A stretch of DNA of 64,000 bases. Source: Candidatus Omnitrophota bacterium (GTDB taxonomy: Bacteria > Omnitrophota > Gorgyraeia > Ghiorseimicrobiales > Ghiorseimicrobiaceae). The DNA lies in the NCBI GenBank assembly GCA_030681595.1, contig JAUXSB010000003.1, forward strand, positions 159,207 through 223,206, in the 5' to 3' direction. Made by a program: the position numbers and the translations under genes. Shown one piece after another: positions 17,496-26,541 of this stretch (position 1 is the stretch's first letter; every line of letters begins with the position of its first letter). The notes beneath the pieces were generated by a model, which worked only from the letters and a program-made list of their open reading frames with translations, did no database searches and had not been told where the DNA came from.

Positions 17496-18269
17496 TTACT
17501 TAAGGTGCCCAAACACCAAATGTTCCGTTTCAGTAATAGGCCCAACAGCCGCTCCGGTAATAAATTGTTTTACTACCGGGTTATGTGTATTTTTTATTTC
17601 CTCCGGAGTCCCCTCGGCAATGATTTTACCCTGATAAAGCATAGCCATGTGGTCGCCGACTTTATAAGCGCTAGTCATATCATGCGTTACTACTACCGAA
17701 GTTATTTTTAATTTTGCCTGTAATTCCCGGATAAGGTCATTTATGGCATCTGCGGTGATGGGGTCAACCCCTGTAGTCGGCTCGTCATAAAGAATAATCT
17801 GCGGCCGCATGCAGATTGCCCGCGCAAGAGCTACGCGCTTTTTCATCCCTCCGGATAATTCTGAAGGCATAAAATCCTCTATGGCATGCAGGCCCACCAA
17901 GCTTAGCGATTCTTTCACGCGTTCAGCAATAGTTGCCTCATCCAATTCTGTATGTTCGTTTAAAACAAAGGCTACATTTTCGGCAACGGTTAAAGAATCA
18001 AAAAGCGCCCCGCCCTGAAAAACCATGCCTATCTTCATGCGTACTTTATTTAATTCCTTCTCTTTAAGTTTACCTATCGCAACGCCATCAACCTTAATAA
18101 CCCCCGTATCCGGACGAATTAAACCCACGATATGTTTAAGCAAGACCGATTTCCCGCAGCCGGACCTACCGATAATCACCTTAGTCTTTCCCTTTTCTAT
18201 TTTAAGGCCTACGCCATCTAAAACCTTGTGGCTACTAAATGATTTATGTACGCCGATGATTTCTATCAT
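17496..18269 (-). CDS. mlaF: ABC transporter ATP-binding protein MlaF. The start is trimmed to MIEIIGVHKSF.
   Basis: Walker A GRSGCGKS, the LSGGMKKR signature and Walker B ILYDEPT. Confidence 0.85.
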   Translation of the reverse strand: MIEIIGVHKSFSSHKVLDGVGLKIEKGKTKVIIGRSGCGKSVLLKHIVGLIRPDTGVIKVDGVAIGKLKEKELNKVRMKIGMVFQGGALFDSLTVAENVAFVLNEHTELDEATIAERVKESLSLVGLHAIEDFMPSELSGGMKKRVALARAICMRPQIILYDEPTTGVDPITADAINDLIRELQAKLKITSVVVTHDMTSAYKVGDHMAMLYQGKIIAEGTPEEIKNTHNPVVKQFITGAAVGPITETEHLVFGHLK

Positions 18270-18375
18270 AATATCACTTATTACACTGATTTTAGCGGCA
18301 AAAATAATCTGTGTAATCGCTTTTTCCCGCATAGCGGGATCCCGCTTCAACTTAAATGGCTTTGGCAAATTGCGC

Positions 18376-18443
18376 GCCAAACCACTGCCTTCTGGCTTGT
18401 GGCTTTGGCTATATTGAAAGCCAAACCACTGCCTTCTGGCTTG
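18376..18443. repeat. 24-bp direct repeat x2 (GCCAAACCACTGCCTTCTGGCTTG) separated by a TGGCTTTGGCTATATTGAAAGCCA hairpin, in the mlaE-mlaF spacer.
   Basis: Exact repeats. The hairpin resembles the GGCTTT..AAAGCC module of the 17376-17465 repeat. Confidence 0.8.
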
Positions 18444-18476
18444 CAAGTAAGCGGGAAAAATCTGCGCAATCTGCGC

Positions 18477-19259
18477 CTACTGCCCTAAAACGTAAAATAA
18501 AAACGTAAAGAAGCAATCGGCGGCAATAATCGCTACGAATGAGATAACCACCGAAGTAGTAGTCGCTTTACCTACGCCTTCAGCACCTCCCTCAGCCTTT
18601 AAACCTTCAAAACAACCTACTATAGCAATAATCATCCCGAAAAATAACGCTTTTAATAACCCGGTAAATAAATCCTTAAAAGCTAACGCGTCAAAAGTAA
18701 GCGTGATATACATATTCGAAGCAATACCCAGCCTGTAAACGCCGATAAAATATCCGCCGAATACGCCGATTAAATCAGAATAGAGGGTAAGCACAGGCAG
18801 CACAAAAGCAAGGCTTAAGAATCTTGGTACCACTAAATATTTGACGGGGTTACTGGCTAAAGTATAGAGCGCGTCTACCTGTTCGGTTACCGTCATAGTG
18901 CCTATTTCAGCAGTAATACCCGCGCCGCTCCTTCCAGCGACGATAAGAGCGGTTAAAACCGGCCCTAATTCACGCACCAAAGAAAGCGCTACGATATTGG
19001 CGATATAAATCTCCGAAGACAATTTTTGCATCTGATAAGCGGTCTGCAGAGCCAAGATTATGCCGGTAAAAACCGCCACAATCGAGACAATCAACAGGCT
19101 GTCTACGCCTATCTTTTTCATCTGCTCAAAAGTTCTTTCGCTCTTTATAGGCGGCTTAAAAATATAAAAAAATGTCTGAGAGAAAAGCTTAAATACACCT
19201 CCGGTATAATCAAAGATTACCATTACTTTTCTGCCAAAAACCTCAAATAAGTATCGCAT
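18477..19259 (-). CDS. mlaE: ABC transporter permease MlaE.
   Basis: Multi-TM permease of the YrbE/MlaE type, in an operon with mlaF and mlaD. Confidence 0.8.
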   Translation of the reverse strand: MRYLFEVFGRKVMVIFDYTGGVFKLFSQTFFYIFKPPIKSERTFEQMKKIGVDSLLIVSIVAVFTGIILALQTAYQMQKLSSEIYIANIVALSLVRELGPVLTALIVAGRSGAGITAEIGTMTVTEQVDALYTLASNPVKYLVVPRFLSLAFVLPVLTLYSDLIGVFGGYFIGVYRLGIASNMYITLTFDALAFKDLFTGLLKALFFGMIIAIVGCFEGLKAEGGAEGVGKATTTSVVISFVAIIAADCFFTFLFYVLGQ

Positions 19260-19261
19260 AT

Positions 19262-21694
19262 TTATTTCGGCTCAAAAATAAGCTCATCTTTCTTACGCAG
19301 CACTTTGACGCTGCTTGCTCCTTTAATCTTTCCGGAAATAATTTCTTCCGCTAAAGGATCCTCCAGATAACGCTGGATTGTCCTTTTTAAAGGGCGTGCT
19401 CCGTACTGGATGTCAAAGCCCTTTTCAATCAGCAGCTCCTTTGCTTCGGAAGAGACATCAAGGGTAATCTTCTGTTCGGTAAGGCGCTTAGCTAATTCAT
19501 TAAGCTCAATCTCAATTATCCTGTGTAAATCTTCGCGCGCAAGAGACCTGAATACTATTATATCATCAATCCTGTTTAAAAATTCGGGTTTGAATATACG
19601 CTTGACTTCATCAAGAAGCTTATTCTTCATATCCTGATAAGTAACTTCTTCGCCCTGAGACTTAAAACCCAAGGAACCTTGTTTGCGTAAAATTTCAGTC
19701 CCTATGTTAGAAGTCATAATAATAATAGTATTCCTGAAATCGACCTTTCTGCCGAAGCTGTCGGTAAGGCGGCCGTCTTCAAAAACCTGAAGCAATAAAT
19801 TAAAAACATCCGGATGCGCTTTTTCAATTTCATCTAAAAGAATTACCGCATAAGGGCGGCGCCTTACTTTCTCGGTAAGCTGCCCTCCTTCTTCATAACC
19901 GACGTATCCTGGAGGCGCGCCGATCAGGCGCGAAACATTAAATTTTTCCATATATTCAGACATATCAATTTGAATTAAAGCATTTTCATCACCGAACATA
20001 AACTCGGTAATAGTACGGGCAAGGAGAGTCTTACCGACGCCGGTCGGCCCCAGAAAAATAAACGAACCAATGGGCCGGCGCGGATCCTTAATACCGGCGC
20101 GCGAACGCCGGATCGCCCGGGCAATAGATGTAATTACCTCCTCTTGCCCTACCACCCGCTCTTTAATTTTTCCTTCGATATGCATCAGGCGCTCCGACTC
20201 TTTTTCCTCAAGGCGAATAACCGGAATCCCTGTCCATTGCGAAACAATAGCGGCAATGCTTTCTGTGTTTATCTGCGGGCGCATCTGATCGCGCTCCTGG
20301 ATCCATTTTTTATTAAGATTTTCCAAGTCGGCCCTTACCTTCTTCTCCTCGTCTCTTAATGAGGCGGCCTTTTCAAAATCCTGCGAACGGACCAAACTTT
20401 CTTTCTCTTTCTTAAACTGCTCTAATTTCTGTTCTGAATCTTTTATTTCTTTCGGGGCGGTAAGTACTTTTAATCTTGCGTGCGAACCGGCCTCATCAAT
20501 TAAATCAATGGCTTTATCCGGCAAAAACCTGCCGGTGATATACCTATCTGAAAACTTCGCCGCCGCCTCTAAAGATTCATCAAGAAATTCAACGCGGTGG
20601 TGAGCTTCGTACCTGTCACGCAGGCCCCTTAAAATTTCAATAGTCTGCTCAACCGTAGGCGGCTCGACAAATATTGTCTGAAACCGCCTTTCCAGCGCCG
20701 CATCCTTTTCGATGTGTTTTCTATATTCACCCAAGGTCGTAGCACCTATACATTGTATTTCGCCCCGCGACAAAGCAGGCTTTAAAATACTGGCAGCATC
20801 AATTGCCCCTTCGGCAGCACCCGCTCCCACCAAAGTATGCAGTTCATCTATAAAAATAATTACCTCTTTAGAACGTTTAATTTCATCCATTACCGCCTTG
20901 ATTCTCTCTTCGAACTGGCCGCGGTATTTAGTGCCGGCAACCATCAAAGCCAGATCCAAAACAATAATTCTTTTATTATGTAAAACTTCGGGGACGTTTC
21001 CGCTGACTACCGCCTGTGCCAACCCTTCAACAATAGCTGTCTTTCCCACGCCGGCTTCGCCTAAGAGCACCGGATTATTCTTAGTGCGCCGGCTTAAAGT
21101 TTGAATAACGCGGTTAGTTTCATTCTTACGGTTGACCACCGGGTCTAATTTCCCTTCCTTGGCCAGAGCGGTTAAATCACGTCCAAAAGCATCCAAGGCC
21201 GGAGTTTTTGTCTTGGTCTCAGGCCCGCCGCTCACTCCAAAACCCGGAGTAGCAGAACCTAATATATCCATTATTTCCTGCCTGACCCTTTCCAAGTCCA
21301 GGCCTAAATTAATCAACACCTGAAAAGCCACGCCTTCACCGTCACGGATAAGGCCCAAAAGAATATGTTCCGTACCGATATAATTATGCCCCAAAGACCT
21401 TGCTTCCTCCGCGGAAAGCTCAAGTGCCTTCTTTGACCGGGGAGTAAAGGGAATATCGCCTAAAATCTGAGTTGTCGGCCCGGGTTTTACTAATTTTTCT
21501 ACCTCTATCCTTATCGTTTCAAGGCTTAAGCCCATCTTCTGCAGCACCGCCGCCGCCACCCCTTCACCTTCACGTATAAGGCCCAAAAGAATATGTTCCG
21601 TACCGATATAATCATGATTAAAACGCCTGGCTTCCTCTTTTGCCAGAATAATTACTTTTCTTGCCCTTTCAGTAAAACGATTAAACATTGCCAT
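19262..21694 (-). CDS. clpC: ATP-dependent Clp protease ATP-binding subunit ClpC. The start is trimmed to MAMFNRFTERARKV.
   Basis: Duplicated Clp_N repeats, two AAA+ modules (GEAGVGKT, GPTGVGKT) and a UVR motif. GAGGAG lies 8 nt upstream of the ATG. Confidence 0.9.
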   Translation of the reverse strand: MAMFNRFTERARKVIILAKEEARRFNHDYIGTEHILLGLIREGEGVAAAVLQKMGLSLETIRIEVEKLVKPGPTTQILGDIPFTPRSKKALELSAEEARSLGHNYIGTEHILLGLIRDGEGVAFQVLINLGLDLERVRQEIMDILGSATPGFGVSGGPETKTKTPALDAFGRDLTALAKEGKLDPVVNRKNETNRVIQTLSRRTKNNPVLLGEAGVGKTAIVEGLAQAVVSGNVPEVLHNKRIIVLDLALMVAGTKYRGQFEERIKAVMDEIKRSKEVIIFIDELHTLVGAGAAEGAIDAASILKPALSRGEIQCIGATTLGEYRKHIEKDAALERRFQTIFVEPPTVEQTIEILRGLRDRYEAHHRVEFLDESLEAAAKFSDRYITGRFLPDKAIDLIDEAGSHARLKVLTAPKEIKDSEQKLEQFKKEKESLVRSQDFEKAASLRDEEKKVRADLENLNKKWIQERDQMRPQINTESIAAIVSQWTGIPVIRLEEKESERLMHIEGKIKERVVGQEEVITSIARAIRRSRAGIKDPRRPIGSFIFLGPTGVGKTLLARTITEFMFGDENALIQIDMSEYMEKFNVSRLIGAPPGYVGYEEGGQLTEKVRRRPYAVILLDEIEKAHPDVFNLLLQVFEDGRLTDSFGRKVDFRNTIIIMTSNIGTEILRKQGSLGFKSQGEEVTYQDMKNKLLDEVKRIFKPEFLNRIDDIIVFRSLAREDLHRIIEIELNELAKRLTEQKITLDVSSEAKELLIEKGFDIQYGARPLKRTIQRYLEDPLAEEIISGKIKGASSVKVLRKKDELIFEPK

Positions 21695-21707
21695 TACTGT
21701 TCTCCTC

Positions 21708-21800
21708 AATGAGCCCCGAAGCTTCGGGGCGAATTGATCCCGATAACAACAAAAAAATTTGGAACAAATTTTGAAGTGCTTTGTTATCGGGACAATCAAC
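21708..21800 (-). repeat. Structured intergenic repeat, family 1, copy B, in the clpC 5' UTR. It has the CCCCGAAGCTTCGGGG hairpin, the CCCGATAACAA..TTGTTATCGGG stem, and the AAAATTTGGAACAAATTTT palindromic core followed by GAAGTGCT.
   Basis: The core and hairpin are shared with copies C and D. The element fills the whole mcsB-clpC spacer, from the stop to the SD. Confidence 0.75.
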
Positions 21801-21842
21801 TACAAATTCCCACTAATTTTTATCTGCACTGCAAACTTTCTT

Positions 21843-22889
21843 TTATCCTAACCTGCTCCTGATTAATGCGGCGCGTTTAACATCGCGTTCTTGAGCCGAC
21901 AATTTTTTTGCCTCAATCTTCTGCAGGTGCGCCGGCTGAGTCAATATAAAAAGTTCATTTATCAACCTACGGTCAATATTTTTAATGATACCGAGGTCCT
22001 GTCCCAGCCTTAGCATTGAAAGCATTTCTATTGTTTCCGCGCTGTTGATAATATAGGCACTTTTTAAAATACCGAAGGCGCGGTAAATGCGGTCCTCTAA
22101 AATCTGGCGGTTATTCTGCATTAACGCGCTCCTTGCCATATTCTCCTGCTCAACAATCTGCCGGATTATAGCCTTGATATTCTCGATAATTTCTTCTTCA
22201 TTCTGCCCTAAAGATACTTGATTGGAAATCTGAAAAAAATTTCCGGCGGCCTGCGTTCCTTCACCGTAAAGCCCGCGGGTAGCAAAAGATAACTTGGTAA
22301 TTGCCGCCAAAACTTTATTTATCTGCTTAGTCATTACTAAAGCCGGCAAATGGAGCATTACCGAACCGCGCATTCCCGTCCCTACATTTGTCGGACAGGC
22401 TGTCAAATACCCTAATTCATCAGAAAAAGCAAACGGCAATCCTTTAGATAAAGAGGTGTCGATATTATTAATAATATTATTTGCTTCTGACAAATCAAGC
22501 CCGGATTTCATCACCTGTATACGCAGATGATCCTCCTCATTAACCATAATAGAGGCTATTTCTTCCTCGCTGATTACTACCGCTTTGTTTTCGGACTTAA
22601 GCGCATGCTCATGGCTCATCAAATGCCTCTCTACAAGAAACTGCTTATCTATATTGTCTAATTCGGAAAGTTTTAAATAAATACTCTTTTTTAAATACTC
22701 ATTTTCTCCTGCCGCCTTAAGCACAATCTCCATAGTACGCTCTCCCTGTTTTTTATTTGCCCAATGCGGGAAAGGCACTTTATCTAAGTTCCGGGCAAGC
22801 CTGATACGGCTTGAAATAACAATATCCGAATCAGGCCCGGTTCCTTTAAGCCATTCGGTAGTCTGTTTAAGCAGGTCGTTTAGCTGCAT
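21843..22889 (-). CDS. mcsB: Protein arginine kinase McsB (ATP:guanido phosphotransferase family).
   Basis: Phosphagen-kinase catalytic domain (C..TNVGTGMRGSV). Located between mcsA and clpC. Confidence 0.85.
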   Translation of the reverse strand: MQLNDLLKQTTEWLKGTGPDSDIVISSRIRLARNLDKVPFPHWANKKQGERTMEIVLKAAGENEYLKKSIYLKLSELDNIDKQFLVERHLMSHEHALKSENKAVVISEEEIASIMVNEEDHLRIQVMKSGLDLSEANNIINNIDTSLSKGLPFAFSDELGYLTACPTNVGTGMRGSVMLHLPALVMTKQINKVLAAITKLSFATRGLYGEGTQAAGNFFQISNQVSLGQNEEEIIENIKAIIRQIVEQENMARSALMQNNRQILEDRIYRAFGILKSAYIINSAETIEMLSMLRLGQDLGIIKNIDRRLINELFILTQPAHLQKIEAKKLSAQERDVKRAALIRSRLG

Positions 22890-22897
22890 ATCAAACT

Positions 22898-23075
22898 TCT
22901 CCTCAATGAGCGCATAATCCCGAAGCTTCGGGATTATTTGCGCGAATTGATGCCGAAAGCTACGAGAAAATTTGGAACCCTCTGGAATTTCACAAAGTGA
23001 AATTCCGAGGACTTAGTCCCGAGGAATTCTTTCGAATTCCTCGGGGCAAATTTTCAAGTGCTATGCTTTCGGTTT
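22898..23075 (-). repeat. Structured intergenic repeat, family 1, copy C, in the mcsB 5' UTR. It is the core with a roughly 70-nt hairpin-module insertion between GGAAC and CAAATTTT.
   Basis: gcgcataatCCCGAAGCTTCGGGattatttgcgc hairpin, GAAAATTTGGAAC...CAAATTTTCAAGTGCT core, and the inserted GGAATTTCAC..GTGAAATTCC / GGACTTAGTCC / GAGGAATTC..GAATTCCTC hairpins. Confidence 0.75.
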
Positions 23076-23101
23076 AACGTATTCCTCTATAAACCTCTTT
23101 A

Positions 23102-23620
23102 TTAAGTTTCTCCTTTTTTCTCTAACTCCTTAATCTTATCGCGCAGCTCTGCTGCCTTTTCAAATTCTTCCTTTTGGATAGCAGATTGCAATTGATTTTT
23201 TAATTCCTGAACCTGAGAAACCTTTGCCTTAACAACGGGCTTTACAGGAGATTCCTGCGGTTTGTTTACCGGCGACTTTCCGATATGATGGATTGAACCG
23301 TGTATTTTTTTCAATAAAGGCTTTAGATAAAGGCTAAAACTCTGATAACACTCGTTGCATCCTAGGCGCCCTACCTTTTTAAAATTTTCATAGGTCAGGC
23401 CGCAATTCGGGCACTTTGCGCCAGCCGATGTCTGGGGTTCTACCTGCCCGCCAAGATTGGATAGGCCTGCCAAGAGATCCGCTAAACCGAATTGCTGCTC
23501 CATCTCCATGCTTTTTGCCCGCGCGCAGTTCTCGCATAAATGCAGTTCTGCCATTTGGTCGTCAATAATCTCGGTCAAATGTACGGTCGCTACACTTTTT
23601 CCACATATATCACATAACAT
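23102..23620 (-). CDS. mcsA: McsA-like activator of protein arginine kinase (zinc-finger / UVR-motif protein).
   Basis: Two CxxC pairs (CDICGK..CENC and CPNCG..CNEC) and a C-terminal UVR-like coiled coil. Confidence 0.75.
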   Translation of the reverse strand: MLCDICGKSVATVHLTEIIDDQMAELHLCENCARAKSMEMEQQFGLADLLAGLSNLGGQVEPQTSAGAKCPNCGLTYENFKKVGRLGCNECYQSFSLYLKPLLKKIHGSIHHIGKSPVNKPQESPVKPVVKAKVSQVQELKNQLQSAIQKEEFEKAAELRDKIKELEKKGET

Positions 23621-23724
23621 AAATACACCTTTGCCTGATTGATGAATGCGACATCCGGATTTTTAACTCCTCATAATTTATGCTTCTTACCGATTTTAAT
23701 TTGGGCAAAAATCCTCTCTATTTT

Positions 23725-24603
23725 TTACAAGCTATACCTATACCCGTCGATCCTGGTGGCACGCCGAAATTCCTCTGTTAAACTTAGGGTAATATTGCCC
23801 GGTTTGCCATTGCCGATAACTCTGCCGTCAATTTTTACCACCGGGATAATTTCCGCGGCAGTACCAGTTAAAAAAACCTCGTTGGCATTAAATAAATCGT
23901 AGCGGGTCAACATATCTTCCGAAACAAGAATATTCCTTTTTCTCGCTATACCTAACACTACTTCTCTGGTAATCCCCGCCAGAATCCCCATTGATGTTGC
24001 GGGCGTAAGAAGCATGGATTCTTTAACCAAAAATATATTGTCTCCGGTGCATTCGCAGAGATAACCCTCATTAGTAAGCATTAACGCTTCTTCCACCTTA
24101 AAGTTTATCGCCTCAATCTTCGCCATAATGTTATTTAAATAATTCAAAGATTTTATCTGGGGCGATAAAGCTTCATTGATATTCCTGCGCGTGGGGACTG
24201 TCACGATATCCAATCCTTTTTTATACAATTCTGCGGGATATAAAGCGATACTATCGGTGATAATAAACAGCGTGGCCTGCCGGCACCTGCGCGGGTCAAG
24301 CCCTAAATCTCCTTCTCCGCGGGTCACTACAACTCTGATATAGGCCTCTTTTAATTTATTCGCCTTTAAAGTCTTGACGATCGCTCCAACAAGCTTTTCT
24401 TTGGGTAAAGGCATATCCAACAGTATGGCATGGGCAGATCTATATAACCTATCAATATGATCTTTCAACCTAAAAATCAAACAATTATAACTCCTGATCC
24501 CTTCAAAAACACCATCGCCGTATAACAGCCCATGGTCAAAAACCGAAACTTTCGCTTCCGCCTTATCCACCAGTTTTCCGTTAAGATAAATTTTCATTAC
24601 CAA
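23725..24603 (-). CDS. ilvE: Class IV (fold type IV) aminotransferase: branched-chain amino acid or D-amino-acid aminotransferase.
   Basis: HGLLYGDGVFEGIR and the ..EVFLTGTAAEI.. motifs. The symbol is tentative. Confidence 0.7.
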   Translation of the reverse strand: MVMKIYLNGKLVDKAEAKVSVFDHGLLYGDGVFEGIRSYNCLIFRLKDHIDRLYRSAHAILLDMPLPKEKLVGAIVKTLKANKLKEAYIRVVVTRGEGDLGLDPRRCRQATLFIITDSIALYPAELYKKGLDIVTVPTRRNINEALSPQIKSLNYLNNIMAKIEAINFKVEEALMLTNEGYLCECTGDNIFLVKESMLLTPATSMGILAGITREVVLGIARKRNILVSEDMLTRYDLFNANEVFLTGTAAEIIPVVKIDGRVIGNGKPGNITLSLTEEFRRATRIDGYRYSL

Positions 24604-24608
24604 ACCCC

Positions 24609-25277
24609 CTAAATAATTTGTCCGTCCCTTAGATGGATAACCCTATCGCAAGACCGGGCTATCTCTTCATTGTGCGTAACCAAAACCTGCGTCATTTTTT
24701 TTTCTTTTTGTAACCCTAAAAGAATTACTAAAATTTGCTTGCCGGTTTCAGAATCAAGGTTACCCGTTGGCTCATCGCAGAATAATATTTCCGGCTCGTT
24801 TACCAACGCACGGGCTATCGCCACTCTCTGCTGTTCCCCTCCGGAAAGCTCACTCGGTTTATGGTTGAGCCTTCTTGATAAACCCAGTATTTCTAATAAT
24901 CCTTCGGCGCGCTTTTTTGCCACTTTTTTATCACTGGCGCCATTGACTACCCCAGGGAGCAAAACATTCTCTAAAGCGGTAAACTCGGGAAATAAATGAT
25001 AAAACTGGAAAACAAAACCTATTCTTTTATTCCGTAAAGCGGCCAAGGCATCGCCTGATAACTTATAAATATCTACGCCGTCAATAAAAACACGGCCGCT
25101 CGTAGGATTATCCAAACCCCCTAATAAATGCAGGAGCGTTGATTTCCCTGCTCCCGATGGACCGACTACGCCCAATACCTCGCTTTTTTTTATAGTTAAA
25201 TTTATGCCCTTTAATACTTCCAGCCTGCTGAATTTATGGTTATAAATTTTATGTAAATTTTTTACTTCAATCATCAT
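24609..25277 (-). CDS. lolD: Lipoprotein-releasing system ATP-binding protein LolD.
   Basis: Walker A GPSGAGKST, LSGGEQQR and a 222-aa MacB/LolD-type size. Confidence 0.8.
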   Translation of the reverse strand: MMIEVKNLHKIYNHKFSRLEVLKGINLTIKKSEVLGVVGPSGAGKSTLLHLLGGLDNPTSGRVFIDGVDIYKLSGDALAALRNKRIGFVFQFYHLFPEFTALENVLLPGVVNGASDKKVAKKRAEGLLEILGLSRRLNHKPSELSGGEQQRVAIARALVNEPEILFCDEPTGNLDSETGKQILVILLGLQKEKKMTQVLVTHNEEIARSCDRVIHLRDGQII

Positions 25278-25347
25278 AAACTTAAAAATAAAAACGAAAA
25301 ACTAAAACTATAGTTTTGCCTTTTTACTTTTTAATTTTTAGTTTTTA

Positions 25348-26541
25348 TTATTCGTATCTTAAGGCCTCCACCGTATTCAGGCCCGCTGCTTTATTTGCTG
25401 GATATACCGTAGCAAGTAACGTAATCATTAAAGCGCAAAGCGAAACATAAAATATATCATGCGCGGATAAATATACCGGAAGCTTATCTAAATAATAAAC
25501 ATCCTGCGGAAGCTTTATAAACTGGTATTTCTTAAGCAAAAGGCACAATACCACCCCGGAAAAAACGCCTAATGCTGTTCCCGATAAACCAATGAACAAC
25601 CCTTGCAATGTAAAAATATTCCTGATTCCGCGGTTAGTTACCCCCACAGACTTTAAGATTCCGATATCCTTTATTTTTTCAGTTACCCGCACAATCAAGG
25701 TGCTGGCAATACCAAAACTAGCTACCAAGATGATCAAACTTAAAATAATGAACATGGTAATTTTTTCTAATTTCAAAGCATCAAAAAAGCTTTTATTTAA
25801 TTCTGCCCATGTGTTTACGCTGTAAGAATTATCAAGAATGAGAGACATTTCTTTTTTAACCGATGCGGCAGAAAATAAATCATCCAACCTTATCCCTATG
25901 CTGCCTGCGGCGTTATATACGCCGGTTATTTCCTGCGCCCTGGCAAAGCTGATAAAACCAAGGGTTAAGTCATAATTATACATGCCGGATTTAAAAATCC
26001 CGCCTATTTTAAATTTCAGATTCTCGCTAAACGAAGGAGAGATAACTTCCAATTCATCTCCTATGGATAAACCTAAGGTATCTGCCAGCTCCTTACCGAT
26101 AATTATTGAATCGCTGTCTTGCGCCAAAGAATCTAACCTACCCAAAACCATATATTTTTCTATGTTAGTAACCCTGGCTTCCTGAATAGGCTCGATCCCC
26201 CGTAAATATAGGCTAAGCACAGAATTATTCGCACGCAGAAATACCTGCGTATTAACATGAGGGCTAGTGGCTACCACCTTCGGCAATGTTTCAATCTTTG
26301 CCTGCAAATCTTTATAAAACATAATCCCGAAATCGGAATTTACTGTGATATGCGCGTTACTGCCGGCGATCTTATCACGCAGGTCGTTATCAAAACCGCT
26401 CATTACCGAAAGCACTATAATTAACGCGGCTACGCCTACGCTCACCCCGAGGATAGAAATAATGCTTATAGTAGAAACAAACCGTTCTCTATTGCCGCCT
26501 ACGAAATAACGCCAGCTTATCCACCATTCGCTTCTATGCAT
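25348..26541 (-). CDS. lolC: Lipoprotein-releasing system permease LolC/LolE (FtsX-like).
   Basis: MacB-like periplasmic domain followed by a C-terminal FtsX 4-TM domain. Confidence 0.75.
   Translation of the reverse strand: MHRSEWWISWRYFVGGNRERFVSTISIISILGVSVGVAALIIVLSVMSGFDNDLRDKIAGSNAHITVNSDFGIMFYKDLQAKIETLPKVVATSPHVNTQVFLRANNSVLSLYLRGIEPIQEARVTNIEKYMVLGRLDSLAQDSDSIIIGKELADTLGLSIGDELEVISPSFSENLKFKIGGIFKSGMYNYDLTLGFISFARAQEITGVYNAAGSIGIRLDDLFSAASVKKEMSLILDNSYSVNTWAELNKSFFDALKLEKITMFIILSLIILVASFGIASTLIVRVTEKIKDIGILKSVGVTNRGIRNIFTLQGLFIGLSGTALGVFSGVVLCLLLKKYQFIKLPQDVYYLDKLPVYLSAHDIFYVSLCALMITLLATVYPANKAAGLNTVEALRYE

Noticed and set aside
21754-21780. The family-1 core read as a sigma54 promoter (TTGGAAC-N5-TTGAAG), CIRCE/HrcA operator, CtsR box or sigma32 promoter.
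   Set aside because: The GG/GC spacing and the -12 element do not fit sigma54, and the match is on the non-coding strand relative to the genes. There is no TTAGCACTC-N9-GAGTGCTAA and no GGTCAAA heptad direct repeat. CTTGAAA-like and CCCCGA-like pieces occur, but at the wrong spacing for sigma32.
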